Assembly: GCA_964035545.1 (NCBI GenBank)
Contig: OZ037772.1
Location: 12,894,818-12,958,817 of the forward strand
From: Bugula neritina
Lineage: Eukaryota > Animalia > Bryozoa
Direction: 5' to 3'
Length of the DNA stretch: 64,000 nt
Below, piece by piece: positions 42,026 to 53,800 of the stretch. Both the position numbers and the translations under genes were made by a program. The notes under the pieces are model-generated. The model had not been told where the DNA came from, searched no databases, and was given only the letters and a program-made list of their open reading frames with translations. Numbering within the stretch: the stretch's first letter is position 1; every line of letters begins with the position of its first letter.

Positions 42026-45000
42026 ATGGCCGCCATGATATCGGATTCTCAGGTGAAGATAACTGCCTCGTCGTATGGCAAGACAGGTGTTAAACTATTG
42101 TATGTGCGTAGACAAGGCGATTGGCATGACATTACTGAGTATGAAGGTGCGTAGGACAATTTCCTTCTAGAACTTTTCACTAGAGTCTAGCCAATGCTAG
42201 TTGCTGAATCATTTGCATTGTTGGCAGGTAACAAAATTCACCATGTGATAGAGGCTGAGATTTTCTATTCTGTACTACTTTCAGTCAATCTGATGAAATA
42301 TACAATATTAAGCTGGTGATCACTAATAAAATCAAATGTATTTGATAGAAATGACAGATTTTTGTTTCCATATACAGAGTTATTGGTAAACTACATGCTA
42401 AAGGTTTTACCTTTTCTGTACTATCCTGTTTACAGTTAGTACCCTCCTGGAACTGAATGATCATAAAGATTATATCAGGGGAGATAACTCTAGTGTTGTG
42501 CCTACCGACACCCAAAAGAACACAGTCTATGTTGTGGCGCAGAAGTATGGGGTAAGCGGATGATGACTGTCCAGTGTGAGTTTTGATGACTATGTCAGCC
42601 ATTTCCACTGTGTATTTCTACTGGTTATACTCTATTCAGTTGTGTGTTGGTCCACTGGTTATATTGTATTCAGTTGTGATTTGATAGGTGGGCTGCCCTG
42701 AAGTATTTGCCATGACTTTATGTCGCCACTTCCTCTCCACGTATTCCCACGTAGTCTCGGCCAGGGTGAGAGTTGAGACAGTAAATGGATGGACAAGAAT
42801 GATCAAGGTACTGTGACTGAGTAGTAGTGTGACTAGTAGTGTGACTGAGTAGTAGTGTGACTGAGTAGTAGTGTGACTGAGTAGTAGTGTGACTGAGTAG
42901 TAGTGTGACTGACTAGTAGTGTGACTGACTAGTAGTGTGACTGACTAGTAGTGTGACTGACTAGTAGTGTGACTGAGTAGTACTGTGACTGAGTAGTAGT
43001 GTGACTGAGTAATAGTGTGACTGACTAGTAGTGTGACTGAATGATTTTGTAGTGATGCTTCCTCTTCTAATTTTTGTGGTTTCTATATATTTCTCTATGT
43101 TGTGTCTGTTACGTAGTATGTGATTGGCTACTGTGTCTGTTACGTAGTATGTGATTGGCTACTGTGTCTGTTATGTAGTATGTGATTGGCTACTGTGTAT
43201 ATATGTTATTATCTCTCCAGGAAGGAAGTCAACATAGACACGCCTTTATTTCTTCCCCAAAATGCACCAGATATGCTGAAGTTTTCCAGAAGAGAAACAG
43301 TGAGTCTTCTTCTATGTTGTTGAAATATTCCTTGTAGGAGTTATCCCACTACTTTATTATAATATATTCCTTGTAGGAGTTATCCCACTACTTCACTGTA
43401 ATATATTCCTTGTAAGAGTTATTCCACTACTTTACTATAATATATTCCTTGTAGGAGTTATCCCACTACTTCACTATAATATATTCCTTGTAGGAGTTAT
43501 CCCACTACTTCACTGTAAAATATTCCTTGTAGGAGATCCAGAAGTAGCGGCTGGACTTTCTGGTCTTAGAGTCCTAAAAACCACTCAGTCCTCATTCGTT
43601 GACTTCCACAGATGTCCGAACACGACTCTACCTGATGCCGAGGACAGGATTCTGTCCACCGTCATTTCTGCTGAGTGGAAGTATTCCAACCTGACTGGAG
43701 TTGACTACTGTGCTACGTGGTGAGTTGTCTTCTCTACTTAGTGGTGAGTTGTCTTCTCTACCTCGTGGTGAGTTGTCTTCTCTACTTAGTGGTGAGTTGT
43801 CTTCTCTACCTAGTAGTGAGTTGTCTTCTCTACCTAGTAGTGAGTTGTCTTCTCTACCTAGTGGTGAGTTGTCTTCTCTACGTAGTGGTGAGTTGTCTTC
43901 TCTACCTAGTGGTGAGTTGTCTTCTCTACTTCATGGTGAGTTGTCTTCTCTACGTAGTGGTGAGTTGTCTTCTCTACCTAGTGGTGAGTTATCTTCTCTA
44001 CCTAGTGGTGAGTTGTCTTCTCTACCTAGTAGTGAGTTAAGGACCTTACTCTCTCACTCACTCTCTCACTCACTCACTCATTACCTCACTCACTGTGTGG
44101 ATCATTACCTTCCAACTGGCTGAATTACTTGACTAGTTCTTTTTGACTGTCAGCTATTATTCAAATGTTCTGGAAACTTCTAGACCCATCTGGTTCTCTT
44201 CTGTTATTCTGTCACTCAGCCAAGATGTTAGCTAGCTGGTAATCACTGTATACAGTCTCTTGAGACCCACGAGAGAAACTTGTGACTTTATATGCATTTA
44301 TAGTTTGTGAATCAGTGAAGCTCAGAACTGAAATGTTATGTTGGTGTGTGCAGGGAGCTGGTGCAAGACGCCATCTTGGACACATTCGCGGGACCCCCTG
44401 TCACCGGCATAGCTTCTCCCTCAGTTCAGCTCACCCTGTACGACTCCGAGAGACTAGTCCTGGGCAAAGTAAAACAGGTAAGTAGTTCGTAGAGCAGATA
44501 GTCCTGGACAAGGTGGAGCAGGCAAGTAGTCCTGGGCAAGGTGAAACAGGTAAGTAGTCCGTAGAGCAGATAGTCCTGGGCAAGGTGAAACAGGTGAGTC
44601 GTCAGTAGTCCTAGGTAAGGTAAAGCAGATAGTCTTAGGCAAAGTGGAGCAGGCAAGTAGTGCTGGACAAGGTAAAGCAGGTGAGAGTTGAGTAGTCATG
44701 TGAATAAGGTCAGGCAACTCCAAACTGTATAAATATTTGCTGCAGATAAGTGAGATGAAGATGAGCCTACCCAATGTGCACTACTTTGAGTTTGATATGG
44801 GACGGTTCCACAACCCCGCTCTACAGAACACTAAGAACGTGAGTCTATAGCCTACAGACTTGAAGAGTCTCAATTACTGCTGGGAATATTTTGTGTCAGG
44901 AGTGGACAATTCCCTCTGGTAATCTTGTCTAATAATCAGCTTATGTAATGCAGGTGTTCCTCCCAACTGACAAACCTTCCGGAATAATCCAGGCCACTCT

Positions 45001-45028
45001 CAGACGTACCCAGCTGTCTAAATTATAA
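42026..45028 (+). CDS. UOX: Urate oxidase (uricase), 8 coding exons, peroxisomal PTS1
   Basis: Spliced motifs SYGKTGVK, GDNSSVVPTDTQKNTVY, HAFI, LRVLKTTQSSFVDF, TTLPDAEDRILST, SPSVQLTLY, LPNVHYF and VFLPTDKPSGIIQATL; C-terminal SKL* with stop at 45026-45028. Confidence 0.96.
42788..43041. repeat. 16-bp intronic repeat (GTAGTGTGACTGAGTA)n whose first unit starts at a uricase donor
   Basis: Directly visible. Confidence 0.9.
43322..43535 (+). repeat. 39-bp repeat reiterating a uricase acceptor (TATTCCTTGTAG|GAG)
   Basis: AG at 43337, 43376, 43454, 43493 and the true site 43532; the copy near 43415 is mutated. Confidence 0.93.
43712..44038 (+). repeat. 24-bp repeat reiterating a uricase donor (GTG|GTGAGT), 14 copies
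   Basis: GTGAGT every 24 nt from 43720 to 44032. Confidence 0.95.
44455..44686 (+). repeat. Degenerate repeat of uricase exon end plus donor (TAGTCCTGGGCAAGGTGAAACAG|GTAAGT)
   Basis: True donor at 44478; about five further copies, some with GC donors. Confidence 0.85.
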
Positions 45029-45699
45029 GTATATTTCACCTTTACCTTTCACCTCAAGGTCGTCAGGTTCTTGTTGCCATAGAGACGTGTCTCATCAGGA
45101 AATATGAGACTTAGGTTTCAGCTCCCGTACTTTACTAGTTTTTTGATTAATAGATTTAGTTAGAATATTTAAATGTCACTTTAATCTATACGTTTTTATT
45201 GCGATGATTTTTTGAAAATTGCAGATATAGGAGGATTTACTAAATTATTGTTTAGATAGTTTCTAAATATTTTGGAATATGAGGGGTTGTTTTCTTTTAT
45301 AACTTTGGGTATCCAATGCAATCTAAACAATCAATATTAGTCAGCTTTTAACCCTTGATTCTAAACCCAGTCAATAATTCTACTTTGAATGCTCAGTCAT
45401 CTATAATATCTATACGATTCTATTTTTAATTTTCTATAAAGGGGCAATAAAATTTTTATGCTGCTAAATCAAATTGCCTTTTGTTAGAAATCATGGCAGC
45501 ACACTGCACACAGCAAATGGTGATGTGGAGTGAGAGAATGCAGACAGGTGTACTCTTATTGAATAGTACCAGACAGCTATTCAATTGTATTCTCTTTTGA
45601 ATAAAATCACTTTATATTTTGTTTTTCCTTGAAAAGAGGTTTCATACTCAGAACATCTGATATTATTCAGTATTCCTGTTAGCATCTCCTTTGTTTGCT

Positions 45700-45876
45700 C
45701 TACTCTCTGCTAGATGTACAGATATATACTCTCTGCTAGATGTACAGATATATACTCTCTGCTAAATGTACAGATATATACTCTCTGCTAGCTGTACAGA
45801 TATACTCTCTGCTAGATGTACAGATATATACTCTCTGCTAGATGTACAGATATATACTCTCTGCTAGATGTACAGA
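45700..45876. repeat. ~28-bp intergenic tandem repeat (TACTCTCTGCTAGATGTACAGATATA-like)
   Basis: Directly visible. Confidence 0.9.
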
Positions 45877-46867
45877 GGGTGACTTATCAGTTTCAGTAAC
45901 ATAACACAGCTGATAAGTCCTCCATCTTTATCTTACTCTCGTAAGCTGAAGGAAATAACATGACGTCAAATGAGTGATAACTGATGATTATGTAACTGTA
46001 TCCAATGAGAATATGGGCGGTCCCCACATGTGAAGTAAACATGCTGACTATATGAAAGACTTTATTGTATGATTTTGTTGTTTTTTATTTGTTTAAGTTA
46101 TTTCACAATGGTTTATTTGACGTAGGTGCCCGTGCAGGCATTCCCCCTGTGATGTGTTATATGATTAGTTGATTAGAGGGTTGGGACGAACTGAAGCTAC
46201 TGGGATTTCAGTTTATGATTAAGTCAATTTATTTGCATGGAACAGAGTGTATATCAATAAGAATGTAGCTTATATAATGTCGAATATTCTGGTAGTGGCT
46301 GTGAGACCCTTTCCTTGTATGGAGGGTGACCTCTGACCCCTTGACCAGCAACACTGAACAGAATAGTGCAGCAGTTGAAATATTACATGGCTGCTAAACT
46401 AGCACTCGTTGGTTATTACTGATGCTATGTGAACTTTATGCATAAATGTTACTCAGTCGACTCAACTGGTTTGATTATTGAAATCTTGTAATATATTTTA
46501 TTGAAGCTGTGATTTTTAGCCCAGTTTTTTCATTACTTCATCAAGAGATTAGCAAGTCTTATAATGAAATAATACAATTTTTTAGTGAATGTCTAGTGAA
46601 AGCTGCCATCACTCATCACTGTTTAGTAGTGACCTAGAACTTACAATTAACGAATAATTCTTTACTTTACATCTATCTATTTGTTCTGCACGATTAGCCA
46701 TCACCATTAACATTCAAACTAAGTTTATTTCCCCAAGTTTCAGATAATATCACTTAATCAAATAGGTTATTCGTTTTCATCAATAACTGTAATAATATCA
46801 ACTCTGTAAAGTGCTTTATTAGAGATTTATTTAAACATTACTGAACCAAAATATTTAATAAAATAGT

Positions 46868-47782
46868 TTACTTCATTCCACAAAAAGCATCGCTACACTT
46901 GTAGTTCTTCTTCACACTGGGCTTGGCTGTTACGTATATGTAGTCGTTTTTCCTCGGTGAACACCTCATCACTTGCAGATCCAGGGCAGCTTTCTTGCAG
47001 TCCCCACCAACTACAGCATACATTTTAATAGTGGAAACAACTCCCACCTTTGTCGGCATTGGCTCATCGCTCCAGAGGGGGTAGAGACTGCCACAGCTCT
47101 TATACTTTGGACACGAATCTAACAGCCGATTACCAGCTGCACCTCCAAATCTAAACCACCTGGTGTCAGCGTGCAGGTCACAGGCGTATCCATTGTAGTT
47201 ATGGCTGCCGTTTCCCTTGATGCCTTGACCGTTGTGCTCCAGTCTCCATGGCTCAGTGAAAGTTTCCGCTTCGCGACATTCTATTGGCTGATTTGGATCC
47301 ACCGTAGTTGTGATTGGACGTCTGGTTGTTGGTCTAGGTTTCGGTGTAGATCTCTTGGTTGTCCGAGGCTTTAGTGTAGATCTCTTGGTGGTCCGAGGCT
47401 TCGGTGTAGATCTCTTGGTGGTTTGAGGCTTTGGTGTAGATCTTCGTGTAGTTCGTGGCAGTAGTGTGGGTTTGGGTGTTGTATGCCTAATGTGGGCCCT
47501 CTTTGCGTTCCTACATGCAACCAGCTGCAGGTATAGCCTGGTGTAGACAGTCTTGTCAGCGTTCAGGATTGTTCCATATTCTGTGTTCGCCAAGACACGT
47601 TTGCTGGGTCTAGACTTCTTGTAATAGTCAAGTTCTGGACACTCGACGGCCAGCAGATCGTGGAGAATCTGTATTCTCAGGTCATAGTTGTCCAGCTCTG
47701 CTCTCCCTGACTGTAGAACTGTGCCTAGGGAGCTGGAAGCTATCCCCAGAACCAATATGGCCGCACCTACGAGGAAATGCAT
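46868..47782 (-). CDS. Single-exon secreted protein: N-terminal helical domain, basic Thr/Pro-rich linker, UMOD/GP2/OIT3-like D8C domain
   Basis: 304-aa ORF with ATG and signal peptide; KPRTTKRSTP repeats; C-terminal EPWR...CDLHADTRWFRFGGAAGNRLLDSCPKYKSCGSLYPLW...CSDAFCGMK pattern typical of D8C. Confidence 0.88.
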   Translation of the reverse strand: MHFLVGAAILVLGIASSSLGTVLQSGRAELDNYDLRIQILHDLLAVECPELDYYKKSRPSKRVLANTEYGTILNADKTVYTRLYLQLVACRNAKRAHIRHTTPKPTLLPRTTRRSTPKPQTTKRSTPKPRTTKRSTLKPRTTKRSTPKPRPTTRRPITTTVDPNQPIECREAETFTEPWRLEHNGQGIKGNGSHNYNGYACDLHADTRWFRFGGAAGNRLLDSCPKYKSCGSLYPLWSDEPMPTKVGVVSTIKMYAVVGGDCKKAALDLQVMRCSPRKNDYIYVTAKPSVKKNYKCSDAFCGMK

Positions 47783-48899
47783 GTTCTGACACTACCGACT
47801 AGTTCAGTATTATTGAATGGTCGTCAGTATTGTATCATAAGCCAAGCTGGTTGATGTCATAACATCTGGTGATTCCCAGTACAGTATCGTCTGACCATTT
47901 CCGTTGCTTTTAGCACTATATCCAGCAGAACAATACCTACTAGTCAACTATATACTTCACTTTACTAGCTGTACTAGTCAATTAGTACAGGTAGTCAGCT
48001 AGTCAGCTAGTCAGCTAGTCAGCTAGTACAGCTAGTACAGCTAGTAACGTGAAGTACCAAGAATTGACTAATTAATACCTATGATGTAGTAATATAATCT
48101 TCTAGTACCATACTCTTCCTTTACAGATATTTAATGGAAAATTTGATTATATAATTAACCAGTATATTTTTCAGTTCTATTGGTATCCAGCATTTGTTGG
48201 TTGTCTCACTGATAAATTTTTATGCCATAGGCTAGTTTAAGTTTTGTGACATGAAAATCATACTGAACTTTGAACTCCCTAAATGTTTTGAATTTAAGCA
48301 ACTGACATGTTTTCAAATTGATAGATTAGTTCAACAGCAACTGGAGTTAAACATAGATTGTAGAAATTGGTGCTTTAACAGCTCCTCCTGTACAGCCATG
48401 TTGTTTATACTTTATGTAGATTTATGAGTTGCAAATTCCAACAACACTTGTTCAATTCTAGCCGTTGTTTGTACTTTTGGCTAACAACTGCGAGCACTCT
48501 TATCTGTTATGTTAAACAACGCTGATTTTTCAATGTTTGCTTTAGAATGTCAGCTAATATTAAACTACGCTTATTTTTGCAATATGGCCTTCTTGGTGGG
48601 AGACGGTTTAATCAGGTCTTAGTTGAAAGGTTATCACTTTGTTTAGGCTGACTAGTGTTTAGTCTGCTCTTGCAATAAGCACTCAATATTACGTACTCAA
48701 TGTTACGTACTCAATATTACGTACTCAATGTGTAAACTGAATGAATTGTTGAGACTAATTTATTTAGAATTATTTCTTGAAGTAGTGTGAAATTATTTGT
48801 GAAATTGTTGAAGAATCTTTCGCAAGCACTGCAAGTGTATTATGAAACACATTTTATTTCAAACAAAATTTCATAAGAAATATATCTTTTTAACTTTAT

Positions 48900-49745
48900 T
48901 TATTCCATGCCACAGAAGGCATCCATGCAGCGATAGTTGGGGTTACCCCTAGGGTTCGCTACTCGGTATATGAAGTCATGATCAGTATTGTACGAGCATC
49001 GGTATACCTCCACTCCCATCCTGCCGTACTTGCAGTTTTCTGTAGTGGCTGAGTACGCCACTATCATAGCCTTCACACCAATAGCCTCTGGCATCCTACT
49101 AGGTGTCCACATGGGGTGTCTGCAGCCACAACTCTTCTCTACTGGGCACGTGTCCAGGATCCTGTTTCCTGCGTCTCCCGTCAGTCTAAACCAAGATGTA
49201 CCGTTGTGCAGGTCACACTTGTACCCCTTGTAGGAGTGATCACCACCAGGCTTGATGTGTGAACCATTGTGGTCCATTCTCCACGGCTCTGAGTAGTTGA
49301 CGGCTGTCCAACACTCTTGGGGTGGTGGTTTGTGGAAAGATCTTTCAGTGGTGGTAGTTGGTGCGGCGGTGGATCTAGTAGTTGGTGCAGTGGTTGGTCT
49401 GGTGCTAGGTCTGGTGGTTGGTCTGGTGGTTGGTGCAGTAGTTGAATATTCGGTACTAGAATTTGAAGAACTGTTTCTGCGACATTGCTCTAGCTCCTCA
49501 AACATTCTCGCAAATACCACTTTATCAGCTTCCAATATGGCCGCCGCGTCCACGTCTGCTAGCACTTCTCTCTTGCCTACTGCCCCAGCCGGGATGTAGT
49601 TGTAGCTGTACTGTGGACATTCTCTGATGAGAAGGTTGTGTAGCTGCTGGATCTGAACCCCGCTGTCCTCATCTGGTTTGAGGCTGCCGTGTAGCGTCTC
49701 GCTGTTCACCACAGAGAAGAGGAAGAGAATACAAAGAGTCTTCAT
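48900..49745 (-). CDS. Single-exon secreted paralogue with Thr-rich linker and D8C-like domain
   Basis: 281-aa ORF with signal peptide; EPWR...CDLHNGTSWFRLTGDAGNRILDTCPVEKSCGCRHPMW...CMDAFCGME aligns by eye with 46868-47782. Confidence 0.88.
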   Translation of the reverse strand: MKTLCILFLFSVVNSETLHGSLKPDEDSGVQIQQLHNLLIRECPQYSYNYIPAGAVGKREVLADVDAAAILEADKVVFARMFEELEQCRRNSSSNSSTEYSTTAPTTRPTTRPSTRPTTAPTTRSTAAPTTTTERSFHKPPPQECWTAVNYSEPWRMDHNGSHIKPGGDHSYKGYKCDLHNGTSWFRLTGDAGNRILDTCPVEKSCGCRHPMWTPSRMPEAIGVKAMIVAYSATTENCKYGRMGVEVYRCSYNTDHDFIYRVANPRGNPNYRCMDAFCGME

Positions 49746-50852
49746 ACTTGCTCAGCTGTTACTAACTGACCTTCTAGCAGGCAGATGTTTCGACTTCTAT
49801 GTTTTGTGTACGGTATATGTGGTTTACTATAACCTGATGTTCTTTCTCACACCTTGCACTTTACATCACTTGAAGACAAGGTAAGATAACTCCTTACTCC
49901 TTTATGCTGTTACTATGTTTGCCATAATACATGTACATCCCATTAACTTACTGGATATTCTTGCTGTTTGCATGATGTTACTACAAGGTGTACAGCTAAT
50001 TGTTTGTCACATTTATCAAGTAACTTCTTTTTTCTATTTTAAAGTGACAAAACTGGATACAATTCACGTGCCAACAAGGCGTACTACACTGGGGGTACTG
50101 TGCTGGGGGTACTTAGTATAGAAGGTAGGTCGCTGTGTATTTGACTCGTTAGAACTTTAGAGTTTATGAAAGTAGCTAATTTGAATTGACTGAACTTTTT
50201 TAAACCTCTTTACAGTGTATAGAGATGCAGACTACTGATGTGTCCTTCTAGAGTATGGTATCCTGCTACTACCGGCTACGGTATACCTGACGCCACGCTA
50301 CTTGTCATTCCAACCCTTTAGCAATGTTATCACGTGGTGGCAGCAGAGTGTACATTTGGGTTTCTACAGTACTGATAAGGTCACCTTATCTATCAGTATT
50401 GTAATATAAAGTTGGTTGAAGTGTTGATAGCAGTAGAAAGTGGTAGACATTCGGCAGGACGTGGTGTAGAGGTTTGTCTTACAAAATTTCACTTGGTTAT
50501 TACTTTGCTTCCTTATTTTTACGTCACCAATTATTGTTACATTCTTTTTTCTCGTAATAATGTAAACATAAAAGTGCTTTTACAGCACTATCTGGTGATT
50601 ATATTACATATTTATTCAACACTGTTCATATTAGCATATGTATGCACTTGCTGACCTTTTCTTAGCTCATTGTTTTTGTTCCATTAATTTAAATTATGTA
50701 AAAACTGTGTATATGTTATTTATTCAAATGAAAATCTTGTTAAATGATTTTTATAGCCAAGAGAAAACTAATATATCACAATAGTCAATATTTAATTCTA
50801 TGCATCTGTTTCTCCCTATTAGGTTGCTGTTATCAAACCACCCTCAAACAAC

Positions 50853-53800
50853 ATGGCCGCACATGTTACCGTGGTAACCACTTTGTTATTACTGCTGCAC
50901 ATTAGTCATGTGACCAGCTTTGGAGTCTCACTTGGCATTGTGTTTGACACAAGTAACTCTATGGCGGATGAGTTGAATCAGGTCTGTCTGTTTGTCTCTA
51001 TGTGTGTCTGTCTGTCTGTCTGTGTCTGTCTGTCTGTCTCTCTCTCTCTGTCTGTCTCTCTGTCTGTCTGTCTGTCAGTCTGTCTCTCTAACCCTTGGAT
51101 AAATTTGCCCCACGCTTACTTTATTAATAATATTACTATATATTACTGATTTCTACTCTAATTTGTCCATTTACTCTTGTTATAATGTATTAAAGGCTAT
51201 TTTTATCAGCATCAGCCGTAAACTATACCGCTGTGCTTAGCAACATGTAAACATGTTACTAAGCAACGTGTAAATAAAGTAGGTACGCAGCAAAGACTCG
51301 GTGCACACAATACTTATTCTATAAATCAGTTTGGTTGCCTGTTTAGCAACCTGGTGCTGATAGGACTGTTTGTTGAGTGTTGCTGACTCCTTGTTGCTAT
51401 GCAGCTGTGTTTGGGGGTATTTGGCGTGGCCCCACAAGGTACATACTATACCACAGTCTATAATGCTCTGCATTCATTGGCTCTCTTTAGACATGGTTCT
51501 TGTAGTCTCAGGACCAGTGAATAGAAATATTTGTTTTGAGGGGCTATTTGCTACCCCCCTCTCTTTACACTACTTTTTCTTTAGACTCGCGCTGCTGCTA
51601 CTAAAATTCTGGATGCTTCTCTAAAGAATCCTCAAGAGATTTTCCACGACTTCATTCTGGTCCCTTACAACACTCCTAGTATGTATTACAATACTCCTAG
51701 TATATATTACAATACCCCTAGTATGTATTACAATACTTCTAGTATGTATTACAATACTACTAGTACGTATTACAATACTACTAGTACGTATTACAATACT
51801 ACTAGTACGTATTACAATACTTCTAGTATGTATTACAATACTTCTAGTATGTATTACAATACTACTAGTACGTATTACAATACCCCTAGTATGTATTACA
51901 ATACCCCTAGTATGTATTACAATACTACTAGTACGTATTACAATACCCCTAGTATGTATTATACTATTAGTATGTATTACAATACTCCTAGTACGTATTA
52001 CAATACTGCAAACTGTATAGTTGATATGACGTCTGCTTTTAGATATCGGACCCTCCGTGCTGTCAGTGAAACGAGCTGACTTTGAAGGGAGGTTGGCAAA
52101 TCTAACAGCCACTGTGAGTCATTTATTATATTACGAGGGATATGTTATTATATTACTATGTGTATATTATTATATTACTATGTGTATATTATTATATTAC
52201 TATGTGTATATTATTATATTACTCTGTGTATATTATTATATTACTCTGTGTATATTATTATATTACTATGTGTATATTATTATATTACTAGGTGTATATT
52301 ATTATATTACTATGTGTATAATATTATATTACTCTGTGTATATTATTATATTACTCTGTGTATATTATTATATTACTATGTGTATATTATTATATTACTA
52401 TGTGTATATTATTATATTACTATGTGTATATTATTATATTACTCTGTGTATATTATTATATTACTATGTGTATATTATTATATTACTCTGTGCATATTAT
52501 TATATTACTATGTGTATATTATTATATTACTCTGTGTATATTATTATATTACTCTGTGTATATTATTATATTACTAGGTGTATATTATTATATTACTATG
52601 TGTATATTATTATATTACTCTGTGTATATTATTATATTACTATGTGTATATTATTATATTACTATGTGTATATTATTATATTACTCTGTGTATATTATTA
52701 TATTACTCTGTGTATATTATTATATTACTCTGTGTATATTATTATATTACTCTGTGTATATTATTATATTACTAGGTGTATATTATTATATTACTATGTG
52801 TATAATATTATATTACTCTGTGTATATTATTATATTACTCTGTGTATATTATTATATTACTATGTGTATATTATTATATTACTATGTGTATATTATTATA
52901 TTACTCTGTGTATATTATTATATTACTCTGTGTATATTATTATATTACTCTGTGTATATTATTATATTACTATGTGTATATTATTATATTACTATGTGTA
53001 TATTATTATATTACTATGTGTATATTATTATATTACTCTGTGTATATTACTATATTACTATGTGTATATTATTATATTACTCTGTGTATATTATTATATT
53101 ACTATGTGTATATTATTATATTACTAGGTGTATATTATTATATTACTCTGTGTATATTATTATATTACTCTGTGTATATTATTATATTACTAGGTGTATA
53201 TTATTATATTACTATGTGTATAATATTATATTACTCTGTGTATATTATTATATTACTCTGTGTATATTATTATATTACTATGTGTATATTATTATATTAC
53301 TATGTGTATATTATTATATTACTCTGTGTATATTATTATATTACTCTGTGTATATTATTATATTACTCTGTGTATATTATTATATTACTATGTGTATATT
53401 ATTATATTACTATGTGTATATTATTATATTACTATGTGTATATTATTATATTACTAGGTGTATATTATTATATTACTATGTGTATATTATTATATTACTC
53501 TGTGTATATTATTATATTACTCTGTGTATATTATTATATTACTATGTGTATATTATTATATTACTATGTGTATATTATTATATTACTATGTGTATATTAT
53601 TATATTACTCTGTGTATATTATTATATTACTCTGTGTATATTATTATATTACTATGTGTATATTATTATATTACTCTGTGTATATTATTATATTACTCTG
53701 TGTATATTATTATATTACTATGTGTATATTATTATATTACTATGTGTATATTATTATATTACTATGTGTATATTATTATATTACTATGTGTATATTATTA

